Origin: Utricularia gibba
Lineage: Eukaryota; Plantae; Magnoliophyta
DNA length: 64,000 nt
Direction of reading: 5' to 3'
NCBI GenBank assembly: GCA_002189035.1
Contig: CM007991.1
Coordinates: 2,480,001 to 2,544,000 of the forward strand
In this document: one piece after another, positions 51,048-64,000 of the stretch
Layout: each line of letters opens with the position of its first letter
Numbering within the stretch: position 1 is the stretch's first letter
Notes under the pieces: generated by a model
What the model saw: the letters and a program-made list of their open reading frames with translations, nothing else
Told to the model about the DNA's origin: nothing
Databases searched by the model: none
Program-made: the position numbers and the translations under genes

Positions 51048-51345
51048 TTTTCAGAAATGACTACTAAAATAGCAAGAAAGTAATATGTAGCGTTAAATAC
51101 CACGCCAGCCCCCTTTACCCCCCCACCAGCCCCGCCTAACTGCCACCTACCCCCCTTCTTCTTTGTTTTTTTCTTTATTTTCTTTTTTAATAATATAATA
51201 ATTTCACTAAAATTAAAATAAATAATAAAAATCAGTCCCGCCTCTTTCTCTCTTTCTTTTCTTTCTTTGGCTTGCTTTCGTCGAGTGGGGGAGCCGGAGA
51301 AGGGTTATTCGCAGCGGATACGGATAATCGATTCGCGTGCCGTTG

Positions 51346-53150
51346 ATGGCGTCTTCTTCTTCGTCGTCAGCTGCTTTGCCCGATATTCCGTGGGTGGAGA
51401 AGTATCGCCCTACAAAGGTCGCAGATATAGTCGGGAATGAGGACGCGGTTGCTCGACTGCAGGTGATAGCGCGTGACGGGAACATGCCGAACATCATTTT
51501 AGCGGTAAATGTTTTCCATGGGTGTCTGCACAAGATAAAGCGAGGGTTTTTTTTTTTTTTTTTTTTGGTCGGGGAGGGTTCTTTCATGGGAAAGAAGTGT
51601 TACGTTTTTCAGCCATGTTGTTTAGATTTTCTCTGCATCTTTTTCATCTTCTTCAGCAGCATATGGTAGATTAGAGTGGCGCTTGAATAACCATAAAGGA
51701 AAGTTTTAATTTTTTAGGGTCCTCCCGGAACTGGTAAAACTACTAGCATTCTGGCTCTTGCTCATGAGCTTCTTGGACCTAATTACAGAGAGGCAGTTCT
51801 AGAGTTGAATGCGTCTGATGATAGGTATTCGTCTTCACTTTTGGGCTAGATTTTTCTCTCCTTCTGAATTTGTTTTCTTCATGCTTGCGCAGAGGGATTG
51901 ATGTTGTGAGAAACAAGATAAAGATGTTTGCTCAGAAGAAGGTCACATTGCCTCCTGGACGACACAAAGTCATAATATTGGATGAGGCTGACAGGTTTGT
52001 ATCAGATCATTTAATGGTCTTTTTCAAAAATTGAGTTTGACATAACTGAATTGGCTCTTATTCCGTTTACTTGGTAGAGTTTTAAATCTAACTCTGTTTG
52101 TCTGTTGCCTAATTGAAAACAAAATAGTATGACTTCTGGAGCACAACAAGCCTTGAGGAGAACAATGGAAATATATTCAAACACCACACGATTTGCATTA
52201 GCTTGTAACACATCTTCAAAGATTATTGAACCCATTCAGAGTAGATGTGCCCTTGTCCGGTTTGCTAGATTATCTGATCAGGAGATCCTCAGTCGTCTAA
52301 TGGTGGTTGTTGCTTCAGAGAAGGTAAAAAAGGAGTAGCCTTTTGTGGTTTCATGCCTGAAATCGAGGACTTGGAATTACACTTCTCCGAAGCTTCATTA
52401 GAGTCCCAGTGTCGCTGATTTTGTCTTGACTGCTATTGCTGTTGAAATGTGCTATGGGCAAATTCTGTGATATGTGTCTGAACTGTAACTTCCAACTGAC
52501 TATTAGTTCTCTCCTCAAGTTGGACAGTTTTGCTTGTTTAGGTAGCTTATGTGCCAGAGGGACTGGAGGCAATTATATTTACAGCTGATGGTGATATGAG
52601 ACAAGCTCTGAACAACATGCAAGCCACAAACAGCGGCTTTGGATTTGTCAACCAAGAAAATGTTTTCAAGGTGAAAACTTCTCCAAAGCCACTACTGTCA
52701 TCTTCGTTTAACCAACCTTTTGATGATCCTGTTGTTCTTCCCTAGGTATGTGATCAGCCTCACCCCTTGCATATAAAGAACATGGTGCGGCAAGTACTTG
52801 AGGACAAATTTGACGATGCCTGTTCAGGACTAAAACAGCTCTACGATTTGGGCTACTCACCAACTGACATAATCACTACGCTCTTCAGAATCCTTAAGAA
52901 TTATGATATGCCAGAGTATTTGAAGTTGGAGTTTATGAAGGTTCGTGGATACCCGTCATTACCCTTTATCTTTGTTAGCGCCTCGCTCTCAGTGTTTGCC
53001 TCTGTTTTTTTTTTGTTTTTTTCGTTTCTGGCTTTACAGGAAACTGGGTTTGCCCACATGAGAATATGTGATGGGGCTGGATCATATCTTCAGATGTGCG
53101 GGTTGCTAGCAAAGTTGGCCTTGGTGCGCGAAACTGCTAAGCCAGTTTAG
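51346..53150 (+). CDS. RFC2: replication factor C small subunit (Arabidopsis/human RFC2, yeast Rfc4 ortholog)
   Basis: [55 protein letters not shown] and GYSPTDII. Confidence 0.95.
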
Positions 53151-53964
53151 CTGCTGCTGCATTCTAGAGCTGGGAATGCATCTCTGCTGTTGTTTTTCGA
53201 CGATTCCAACATCCTCGAAGCAACTCCGTCTCCCCAGATGAAGGAAAAATATTGTCAAATCTTAAGTTTAATTACAATGTTCCATCTTGGCTTCTTCATC
53301 TAGTCTAACTAGTGCCTAGGTTTAGGACAATAATGATCTACCCAACTAAATCGGCATTCATTTCATTTATTGCTGTAGGATACCCTATTTAAGGCTTAAG
53401 AAAAGTGAATCCAAATTATTCTGTTTTGCTTCTATTCTCCTGAAAAAAACCAAGAAAAAAATGGTTTGGAAGTTCAGGTTGTTCTGAAGTAGGTGAAGAA
53501 GTTTGTTGTTTAGCGTAACTTTGCAATGGAGGCTGGGGCGTTGAATTCCTTCTCCAGTAACACAACAGCTGGATGGATGCTACCAGGGGAAAGAATGAAT
53601 ACTTTAATGCTACGCTTTTACTTGTAAAGTCTAGATCCAAAAGGGAGGTTCCCACAAAAAGCAGGCATTGGACTGTGGCTCATCTCATTTCCTTTCCCCT
53701 TCACTCGTTCTGCTCTGATTCACAATGCAGGAGAGGTTGGGTTCCTCGTTCTTTATCTTGAAAAGTGGTGCTTGTTTCAAATTCTAGACGCGTTACTTGT
53801 CAATGGGTTTTACCATATGAGAAAGACAAGGTAACCGAAGGACCCAGCATGCCATTGTCCTTAAGCTACTCCTCTTCCACATGCTATATAGCAAGGCAGG
53901 GAGAGAGATGGACAGAAATAGAGTACTTGTTTGACAGTTATGGTACTTTGAAGCGCCGCCGCAG

Positions 53965-55769
53965 ATGAACGAAAGCCGAGATCTTGAGATGAGTGGAGCT
54001 GCGAAGAGCAGAGTCCATGTCTACCCACCAAATCATTCTCCGAGAGGAAGAGTAATATATGACGTGGGGAATTCTGAGAGGCAGTGGACTCCATGGCTGG
54101 TGCCCATGATAGTTTTGGCCAATATTGCTATCTTTTTTGTGATCATGTTTGTCAATGATTGCCCCAAGAATCGCAATAGGCTTCTTGGAGATTGTATGGC
54201 CAGCTTTCTTGGGAGGTTCTCCTTCGAGCCCCTTCGAGAGAACCCTCTTTTTGGCCCCTCCTCATCAACGTAAGTATCCTCTTTTCTCGTCATTTTTGTT
54301 GTTGGTTTGATGGATTATCTTCTCAATGAATCCTGTGCTGCTTTTGTTGATGTCAAAATGGGTTCGCTGCAAAGATAGAGATTCCATCTTTATGATTTGC
54401 AACCGCCATTCTGCTCCTTCCATCTACAGTAGAACCACCCTATGACTCAAGTTTCAAATACGCTTGGGAATCATCATTCCCCTGAGGACTTGATGAACTG
54501 TTGCTGTACCTACATAAGGGCTGTAATGCATTCTGCCTGGTCACCATGATGTTTGGCAGTTAAACATAGAAGGGAGTTTCGATGAATTTATAACCAGTAA
54601 AATTTGATCTCCAGATTGGAGGAGGAATAGATCGTAGAGATGACGTTTCTGGTTTTTTTTTTTTTTTTTTGGTAGACCGCCACCATGAAACTGGTGGATC
54701 CAGACGTTCTTCCTCATGAACTGAACCTGTTTTCCATTGCGTAGATCTGGAGTTTATTACGTAATTTTTGTGACATATATCGGTGATTGTTTTTGCTTGG
54801 TGTTCAGGTTATTAAAAAAATGCACTCCATTCATGCGTTCTTTTCAGGCTACAAAAACTTGGTGCTCTTGAATGGGACAAGATCACGCAACATAGACAAG
54901 CATGGAGACTTATTACTTCCGTCTGGCTGCACGCTGGAGTTGTCCATCTGCTTGCAAACATGCTTAGTCTTTTATTCATTGGGATCAGACTTGAACAGCA
55001 ATTTGGATTTGGTAATAAAGCTGGTTTTTTTTTTTTTTTTCTAAAAGACGAATTTGTGCAGAAGATTTCACCACTGTATGTATTGGTGCACTGCAGTGCG
55101 AGTAGGAATCATCTACTTCTTATCAGGAATAGGTGGGAGTGTGTTGTCTTCCCTTTTTATCCAGAGCAGCATCTCAGTTGGAGCTTCTGGTGCTGTTTTC
55201 GGTCTTCTGGGAGCAATGCTATCAGAGTTGTTTACCAACTGGACTATTTACACAAACAAGGCAAGACAATAAAGCCACAGTAGAACTGATTTCCTCCTCT
55301 GCGCCTGGTTTTTAAGAATGACCAAGACACCATTTCTGTTGGTAACAGGCTGCAGCCCTCATCACACTCATTGTGATCGTCGCTATCAACTTGGCAGTGG
55401 GAATTCTCCCACATGTTGACAACTTTGCACACATTGGAGGTTTTTCAACTGGTTTTCTTCTTGGGTTTGTGCTACTTGTTCGACCCCAGTTTGGATGGTT
55501 GGAGAACCACCAAGCTCAGAGGAAATCCAAGTACACAATCTACCAGTACATTTTATGGGCTACAAGCTTGGTATTGGTGACTGCTGGGTGAGTCTTTGAT
55601 TTTATCAGTTGCATTTCAAAACAAGTTGTTCATGACATGAGCCTGCTGTTGTTGCAGACTGGTGGTGGGGTTGGTTATGGTGTTCAAGGGAGTAAACGGT
55701 AATGAGAAATGCAAGTGGTGCCATTATCTTAGCTGTGTTCCAACATCAAAATGGAGCTGTAACAATTGA
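53965..55769 (+). CDS. rhomboid-like intramembrane serine protease (RBL1-3 type), 5 exons
   Basis: [26 protein letters not shown], catalytic [12 protein letters not shown] and [18 protein letters not shown]. Confidence 0.92.
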
Positions 55770-56537
55770 TCTATCAATCCACTTTGTTTTTCCAGTTATG
55801 ATAGTCATGCACGGGACACAGAGCAAACAAACATTTCTTTGTTGTATTATTAATACAAGTTCAATGTTGAACTAAGAAGCAGACGGTGATCCTGATGCAG
55901 AGCCTCCGTAAGGTGTCAGGCTAAATTTGCTTCGAAGTAGAATAAAAAATCTGAAGTTCCATAAGAAAATTCACCAAAAGGATCCTGTGCCTTCCACTAC
56001 AATTGTCAGAATCTCACAAACTGTCCATGATCACAACTCCGGTAATTTATGTTTTTCTGTTCTGACTCTTCAGAGAAAATCAGGACTCCTAGTCCTGAGT
56101 ATTGGGAGGAGTAAAAGCCTCTATTTTCTGAAGAATATGGAATACCGCAGCTCTGGCATTTACAACTTGGAATGCATGCTGCCAGGGGTCTGTGGGAACC
56201 CCTCACCTTGGCCAGCCTGCATTATCGTGTATTCACATACTGGTGGAAATGGTCATTTGAATTCACATTGCTCCTCATCAAGGAGATGCTCCTTTGTGAA
56301 ATGATGGTTCCGTAATACCTGTCACAAATGAGAAGGGGACAGAAATGAGGATCCTCCTCAGTTGAAGTTTCGTCCACTCCAGTGGATCATCTTCTCACAG
56401 AATCAAATAGCAGGCTAGAACCATGCGTGATCGGTTTCAGTGTATGACAGAAAAGTTCTGCACTAGATTTTACGGTTTCAGTGTATGTATTTTCTTCCAT
56501 GGCGAGGAACACATGGTGTTGCATGAGATGCGATGGT

Positions 56538-58930
56538 TCACCAATAATCTCCACAAGAGCAAGATCCATCTTTGAAATGGTGGAACCGGTGCATGTCACG
56601 CACGATTATCTCCCTCTTTGTCACTATAGAAATGTATTTGGTTGCAGTGTGGCAGTCCGAGCAAACTCTCAGATTCTTCCTGATATGAATAGTGGTACCA
56701 GGGCTGGTATTCAGAAGCCCAAATGAGATGGCAAGCTTCTCACTGTGAGTTTTGAGCAGCTGCTCCTGAACATCATCTTCAACATCATGAATTGAACTTA
56801 CGTCTGGAACATAACCAGCAGCTTTAATCCTATCAATCAGTTCCCCTAAGTAACTGTAGATCCTCTCAGACTGAGGATGCTTCGTGCTTCCTGAATAGAA
56901 GGTGTGAACCTCATTTCTCAAATCAACCGAACTGCACCCAGGAGTTTTCTGAATGTCTTTTTTCTCCATCAAAGTTCTCACCTTGGCGACTTTTCGCCAC
57001 ATTGATGCTATTGCATAGATGTTCGCCAGCAAAACATGGTATCCCCCATCATCAGGTTCCAGATCGAACAGTTTATCAGCAGCCTTCTCTCCCAATTCCA
57101 CATTTTTGTGAATCTTACATGCTCCTAGCATGGCACCATAGACATTTATCCCTGGTTCAACAGGCATTTTCTGAATGAACTCCAGGCTTCAGAAAGTTTA
57201 CCAGCTCGACCAAGCAGATCAACCACAGCTCCATAGTGATCCATTGATGGCTGCAAGTCATAGTCCTTCATGATATTAAAATAACTACGACCTGTATCCA
57301 CTAGACCCGAATGGCTGCAAGCAGAGATTATGCACAGAAATGTTACAGCATTTGGAGGTATGTCCCCTCTGCACATCTCATCAAATAACTTCACAGCTTC
57401 CTCTCCAAAACCGTGTGTTCCATATCCATCGATCATAGCATTCCATGTGGTAACATGTCTCTCGGTCATCATGTCAAATAGCATCCTCGCTGAATGAACG
57501 GATCCACATTTGGCATACATGTCGACAAGAGCAGTCATCACAAAAACATTCTTATCCAAAAACGACCTCAAAGCCACCCCATGCATCCACTTGGCGAGCC
57601 TTAGAATTGACAATTCTGACACGGCAGTGATGACACTTACCAACGTGAATGAATCAGGCTTCACATTCTGTTCCTGCATTTTGCAGAAGAGATTTATAGC
57701 TTCCATCGTGCAACCATTTTGCGCATAGCCTAAGATCATCGCATTCCATGATACCAAAGTTTTTGTTTTCAGTTTAGCAAAAAGTGCGACAGCCAAATCC
57801 ACTCTCTTGCACTTGCAATACATCGAAATTAGTGAATTCATCACGTTAGTATTAGAGTCGAGTCCCCTCTGAAGAACCATAGAGTGAATGAACTGGCCAC
57901 GCTTAAGATCACATGAATTGGCACATGCATGGAGAGCTCCCATAACAGTAACATTAGTAGGCTCTAATCCTTCATTATCTATCATCTTCTGAAACAAATC
58001 TAGTGCCTCCTCCGACTCCTCATTTTGTGCATAACCATCAATCATTGAATTCCATGAAACAACGGTTCTGGAATCCATATGATCAAAAACGTGGCGTGCG
58101 GTTCTAACCATCCCGCATTTTGCATACATGTCTAGCAATGCTGTCGCAACATTCACATGGGATTCTAAGCCACGTCTGAGAACATATGCATGGAATGATT
58201 TTCCCATCCTCAAGTTTCTGGCGTAGGCAGAGGCAGGTAAAGCAGAAGCTACAGTTACATAATCAGGGCTCTGACCTTCGTCTTGCATCATAAGAACAAG
58301 TTCTAAGGCTCTATTTGGCATCCCATTTTGAACAAAACCCGCAATCAAAGTATTCCACGATACTAAATCCCTGCTTGGCATTCTCTCGAACATCTTATAG
58401 GCCTCGAAAATTTCCCCACATTTCGCATACATACTCATCACACTGGTCATGCCGAACAAATCATCCGAGAACCCACTTAGTATCAGCTGCCCATGAATCT
58501 CCTTACCCCTGCTAACCTCAAAAGCATCTGCGCAGGCCTTCAACAAATACGTGTAATTATACACCACCTGCACAACGCCATTATACTTCATACGACAAAA
58601 GAACTTCATCGCAGACTCAAGGTCGGATTGATGAGCATACCCTTTTAGCAAAGTATGGTATAACGGATCAACCTTTGATTCAATGGGCTCAAATACCTTG
58701 ATAGCGTCAGCTAAGCTTCCAAATTTGCAGAACAAACTTACCAGCTTCGTCTGAAATAGAAGCTCTCCGCAGAGACCGTTTTTAATGACAAGCGGAAGGA
58801 CCTGGCGTAGCTCCTTCATGGAGGTGCATAGCTCCAGAAGGATTGCCGCTGGGTGTTTGTATACATGAGACGGAATGTGAGTTCTCGGCGAAAGAAAGGG
58901 CGGCGAAGACGGCAGAAGCAACATGCTCAT
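56538..58930 (-). CDS. CRR22: PLS-class PPR-E-DYW plastid RNA-editing factor (At1g11290-like), with a 1-nt frameshift at 57182-57183
   Basis: HIPSHVYKHPAAILLELCTSMKELRQ...FQTKLVSLFCKFG matches the recalled CRR22 N-terminus. PLS repeats, PG box KTPGCS, HSEKLAISFG, KNLRVCSDCH and CSCGDYW*. Confidence 0.88.
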
Positions 58931-59404
58931 TGTTCAGTGAACGGGATAACGGCGTCGGAGGCCCTGGAGCAAATTATCTAACCAATCCATCATCCCCTTC
59001 GAGCCAAATAGCCCTCCGCCATGGATAAACCAACACACACCAAACATACATGAATATATATATTTTTTACTGATGTGGGGGCCACGGCGCAAATCTCGCG
59101 GGTCAACCCGGATTTGGGTTGAGTCCGTGTTCACTACCCGTACCCGGGGGTTGAATGCACGGTTTCCAAGGATCTTTAAAATTCATGATGATAGGTATGG
59201 ATTCCACAAAAGAGTAGCTAACAGTAACACCATCGGTTCAGAAGGTTGATCTGGCCGAGGCACGCTACCACAAAAGATCGAAAGCCCGGCTTGGAGCTTG
59301 GCAAAATGACACTTCAGGGTCAGACAGAGGTTGGCACAGACCCTTTCTAGTTCAGTAGATTCTCCATGCACCATTCGAAGCTCAACCGGGAAACACACAT
59401 CATC

Positions 59405-60247
59405 TCAGTCTGAACCGGGAAACACGAAGCCAGTGCTGCTGAGCAACATCTTCACTTCTCCATCATGGATGGGATAAAGGGCGGGTTCACTTACACTCTG
59501 GTGTCCACAGTGGATGCCCCTCAAGCATGCCCTTCTGCCCAACTGCCGCACTTGGATGTCAGCCCATGTTGCGAATTCCAACTGAAGAAGAAAAAAATTG
59601 AGGTTTCACCAAGCCATTCAAACAAACAGGGGATAAGAAGGTGGATTGCCAGCCAAATAGTACATGAGTTTTAGACAGACTACTGTTTCATCAAACAGTA
59701 CTGTTCAAAAGTCTTTACGACAAAATAATCAGCTGGGCATCAATAGTTGGTGGGTATCATCTTGCAAACAGAACATTGTTCAAACATTGACTATTAACAA
59801 TCACGCAAGATAAATTTGCCATCCAGAATGAAAAAACACTTGGAGCGAGCTTCTACACATGTCCCCAAAACACACCAGACTCCATCTAAGGATATCAAGT
59901 TAAGTCTGAAACACTCATAAACAACATGCCTTGCAACACCTGATTCATCGAACACCCATACTCCAAATCCTTAAAAAAACAAGAGAAGAAAAATAAAAAG
60001 TAAAAAAAATCACCTGTTTATTGAAGAAGTCCGAAGATTTCAGCCCAAAGGAGACGAGAGAGAGTTGAGAAGGAAAGGGAGTAGCAGAAAAAGCTGGCGG
60101 GCGCGGAAGCATGAAGAAGGGCAAGCACGTATCTGGAGGTTCAAGGTTCCGCGACGCCTTGCTCCAAACCTCCCGGAAGAGATGACTGCCCACAGCATCC
60201 CCCGACAGAGCAGAGAAATGCCAACGGCAGGCGGCGCGACGGTGCAT
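59405..60247 (-). other. unassigned spliced transcription unit (136-aa orphan ORF or lncRNA)
   Basis: Donor CAG|GTGATT at 60014/60013 and strong acceptor TTTTTTTCTTCTTCAG at 59582 give an in-frame join of ATG 60247 to TGA 59405. No homology recognised. Confidence 0.35.
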
Positions 60248-60519
60248 GCCGTAAAGCAAATCGCTCGGTTTTGCAAGTCGGAAAGTTGAGGCGTGCGGAG
60301 TCGAAAAGTTGAGTCGGCTCCTCGTCTGCTCCAAGAAATTCGAATCACGTCCTTCTCAATTCCACGTATTTATTCACTTGGGGAAAAAAATATCATTTTA
60401 ATCGTAATAAAATATTATTTTAGGGCACAAAAGGGTCCGTACATCTAACAAAACCTCCTCCTCCAATCAAGATTTCACAGAGATTAGCATCGGATTAGCT
60501 GCTCTGCAGACAGCCATTG

Positions 60520-61717
60520 TCATTGCAGCAGCTTGCATATATCTTCATACTCCACAGCCTTGAGGACTCTTCCCTCATACAGCCCTTTCTCGATCTGCAC
60601 CTTGGCGCAGAACTTGTGGGCGTCGATGGACAGAAGCTTAGCACGCTCACCACGATACGCACCATTGACGATCTTCACGGCCCTCCGATCTGGGGAATCA
60701 CCGTCTCCAGCTCCTCCTGATCAACTCTCAGAACATGGTTATTGCTCAGCATCTCGATCTCGCCGACGTACTTATCAATGACCTTCCTCACAACTCCCTT
60801 CTGCTTGTAGTACCCTTTGTCTTCCAAAGCCTTACTCATAACCTTCACCACGATGCCCTCAAAGAGCCAATAGTCTTTCCTGTTGCTTCTTTCTTTCACT
60901 TCTTCTTCCTCCATTATCAGTTGATCCAAAACTGCAGTATTCCTAGTTGAGGTCTTGTCACTACCGTCAAGCTTTCGCTTTCCGGCCTTGTTGCCATTGT
61001 TATCCTCATCAAAAAACAGTTTTGAGCTTTCCCTGACTGCATCTGCCTCGGCTTTCTTCCTGGCTTGGAGTAAATTGAGTTTTATCTTCTCTGCCTCAGC
61101 ATTTGTTCTATCCAGAACCTTGGGTTTTGATTCTTCTTCGGCCCCAATTGTGTCGGTACCCCCATCGCCATCTGTTCGGCCCTTTCAATCTGCCTCTGGA
61201 TCGCCTTCTCCTGCTTCTCCTCATCCACAAGGTCCGCCTTAATTCTCTTATTCTTCATCCTCTCCTTGAAAAGGGTCTCCGAATCACGATCGATATACGT
61301 TATGAACCAACCCTTGGGGGTGTCCTCCACCTTGCACTTCCCTTCCCTTCCCAAATACTTAACGAACTCCGTCAACGTAGCCCATCGAGTGGAGTTCATA
61401 TGAATATGATGACGATCGGAAATGTACTCGTTGTACACGACAGTCGCAGCAACACGGCTGAACCGGTGGCTCCGCTTCATATGCTCGAGGAACGTACTCT
61501 CAAACTCCTCGGAATATCCCCCAACGATCCTCGTAGGGTTCTGGCCGAAAATTTGCATCTGCCTTTGGTGCGACTCGCTCATACAATGGCACTTGAACCC
61601 GTTCTCGTCCCGACATTGCTTCTGGCACATCTGGCAGTACCATCGCAGTTTCTGCAAGCCCTTCGCCTTGATCCGATTCGCTATCGCCTTCGGCGTCAAG
61701 AACTCGTTCTTCCCCAT
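60520..61717 (-). CDS. KIN17: DNA/RNA-binding protein KIN17, intronless, with two 1-nt frameshifts
   Basis: MGKNEFLTPKAIANRIKAKGLQKLRWYCQMCQKQCRDENGFKCH, HIHMNSTRW, DYWLFEGIVVKV, ELETVIPQIG and VNGAYRG...EYEDICKL. Breaks at 61159-61163 and 60679-60680. Confidence 0.95.
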
Positions 61718-62147
61718 CGGAAATCTTGCCGGCAATCTTTGGGATCAAGAGAAATCAGAAATGGGGGCTCTAGCTTGGCCGTGAGGGATTTCCCGCTATC
61801 GGAAATCGTACGACAACAGGTAACCGAGGAACAAAGCTTCTCATTGGGCCTTGAATATAAGAAAAAGTACCAGTCATGGGCCTATGCTGAAAGCCTTGTC
61901 AGCCCAACAAAAATACATCTCGTCTCGCCCATGGCGATTCACTCTTTACAGATTGTTGGTGAATATAAAATGCAATTTTCGAAGGCAAAAATGACAAGGG
62001 AGCACCAGCAAAGAGGGAAAGATACTGTTTGCGAGTTCAGCAAAAGCAGCATGGAAAAATGGGGATCCAACAAAACAGAAACGAAGACCGAAGTCCATTC
62101 CATCGAAAACAGCAAGTTAAAGAAAGTTCAAGTATGAAGGCAACACT

Positions 62148-63372
<1,225 letters not shown>

Positions 63373-63373
63373 C

Positions 63374-63484
63374 TAGGGTTTCTTTATCTTCTGAGTCCCG
63401 AATGGGCCTTTTGCTGTCCAAAATGGGCCTACTCAACTCTCTATGCCGCACTCTGGGCGTCGCCCAGTTTGTTTAATAGGCCCA
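63374..63484. promoter_or_regulatory. telo-box plus site II elements of the RPL13a promoter
   Basis: TAGGGTTT (telo-box) at 63374-63381, TGGGCC near 63403 and 63423, and GGCCCA near 63479. This is the canonical combination for plant ribosomal-protein genes. Confidence 0.7.
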
Positions 63485-63878
63485 GGCTCGTTAAGAGTTC
63501 CTTTTCTTTTCTCTGCACTACAAACAAGACCCAGTTTTCTGGAAAAGGTTACATAGATGGAGATTCGAATTCTCAACTGTATCACCTTCATCATTATCAA
63601 GACCAATAGGCGATTAGTTTCGGCGGATCAACTAGGTGTTGAAGAAGGTGGCGGTGGGATTCTGGAGAAGGTGGGAATTTTGAATGTGCAGACTGCAACG
63701 CCGTCGTTTGGTTGAAATTATGGTTTGTTTTCGTTTATGCTACTGCCTACAGCGGTACTCCTAGTAGATGGATTGAAAATTCGAATCAGAATTGAAAAAA
63801 GTTCAGTAGAAATCGCTTAAAAGCTTCATTGGTGGGCAAAGATGATGACACAAGGTTCAATTCAAGCGCAATCGATAT

Positions 63879-64000
63879 TCAAGTTGTTGCAGGGAGGAAG
63901 CCGTGTTTCAGAGCAGCTTCCCATATCTTCTTGTGATCGAAAATGGCGTCTCCGCATTCGTTAACGTTCCATTCCTCGAGGGCGTGAACAATCCCCGCCA
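63879..64000 (-). CDS. 3' end of an unidentified gene entering from the right edge
   Basis: Protein-like open frame AGIVHALEEWNVNECGDAIFDHKKIWEAALKHGFLPATT* ending in TGA at 63879. Confidence 0.5.
   Translation of the reverse strand, partial: AGIVHALEEWNVNECGDAIFDHKKIWEAALKHGFLPATT

Noticed and set aside
55927-56304. 125-aa plus-strand ORF
   Set aside because: Non-ATG start, no motif, and it lies in the convergent 3' UTR zone of the rhomboid and CRR22 genes.
61103-62137. 344-aa plus-strand ORF
   Set aside because: Antisense to KIN17 with no recognisable motif; a by-product of codon bias.

Overview
This is angiosperm nuclear DNA, not prokaryotic: GT-AG introns, plant gene families and telo-box/site II promoters. 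It is very compact, with 24 recognisable protein-coding genes plus a probable partial gene at the right edge in 64 kb, short introns and no recognisable transposon ORFs. That fits a miniaturised eudicot genome such as Lentibulariaceae (inference only). Gene order: SGR(-), CNGC(-), KNAT7(+), HOTHEAD-like GMC oxidoreductase(-), F-box PP2-A(-), PUX(-), HAP2/GCS1(-), EAR C2H2 zinc finger(+), TBC RabGAP(-), POB1/LRB(+), BTB At3g09030-like(+), PIP1(-), MIP1-like RING(+), GST theta(-), GPX(+), AP-4 sigma(+), kinesin-14(-), MurE(+), OEP24(-), RFC small subunit(+), rhomboid(+), CRR22-like PPR-DYW(-), KIN17(-), RPL13a(-). Eight single-base frameshifts in six genes are each repaired by adding one G or C next to an existing G/C, so they are most likely consensus errors rather than pseudogenes. 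The best leads are: a PIP1 with an altered loop E ([11 protein letters not shown]); a tRNA-Leu(UAG) fragment between 18-bp direct repeats in the HAP2/zinc-finger divergent promoter, which also carries a DUO1-type site; a GST-theta/GPX head-to-head pair only 132 bp apart; a KIN14J-type kinesin lacking its CH domain; and an unassigned spliced 136-aa ORF or lncRNA. All homology calls come from recalled family motifs; no database search was run.
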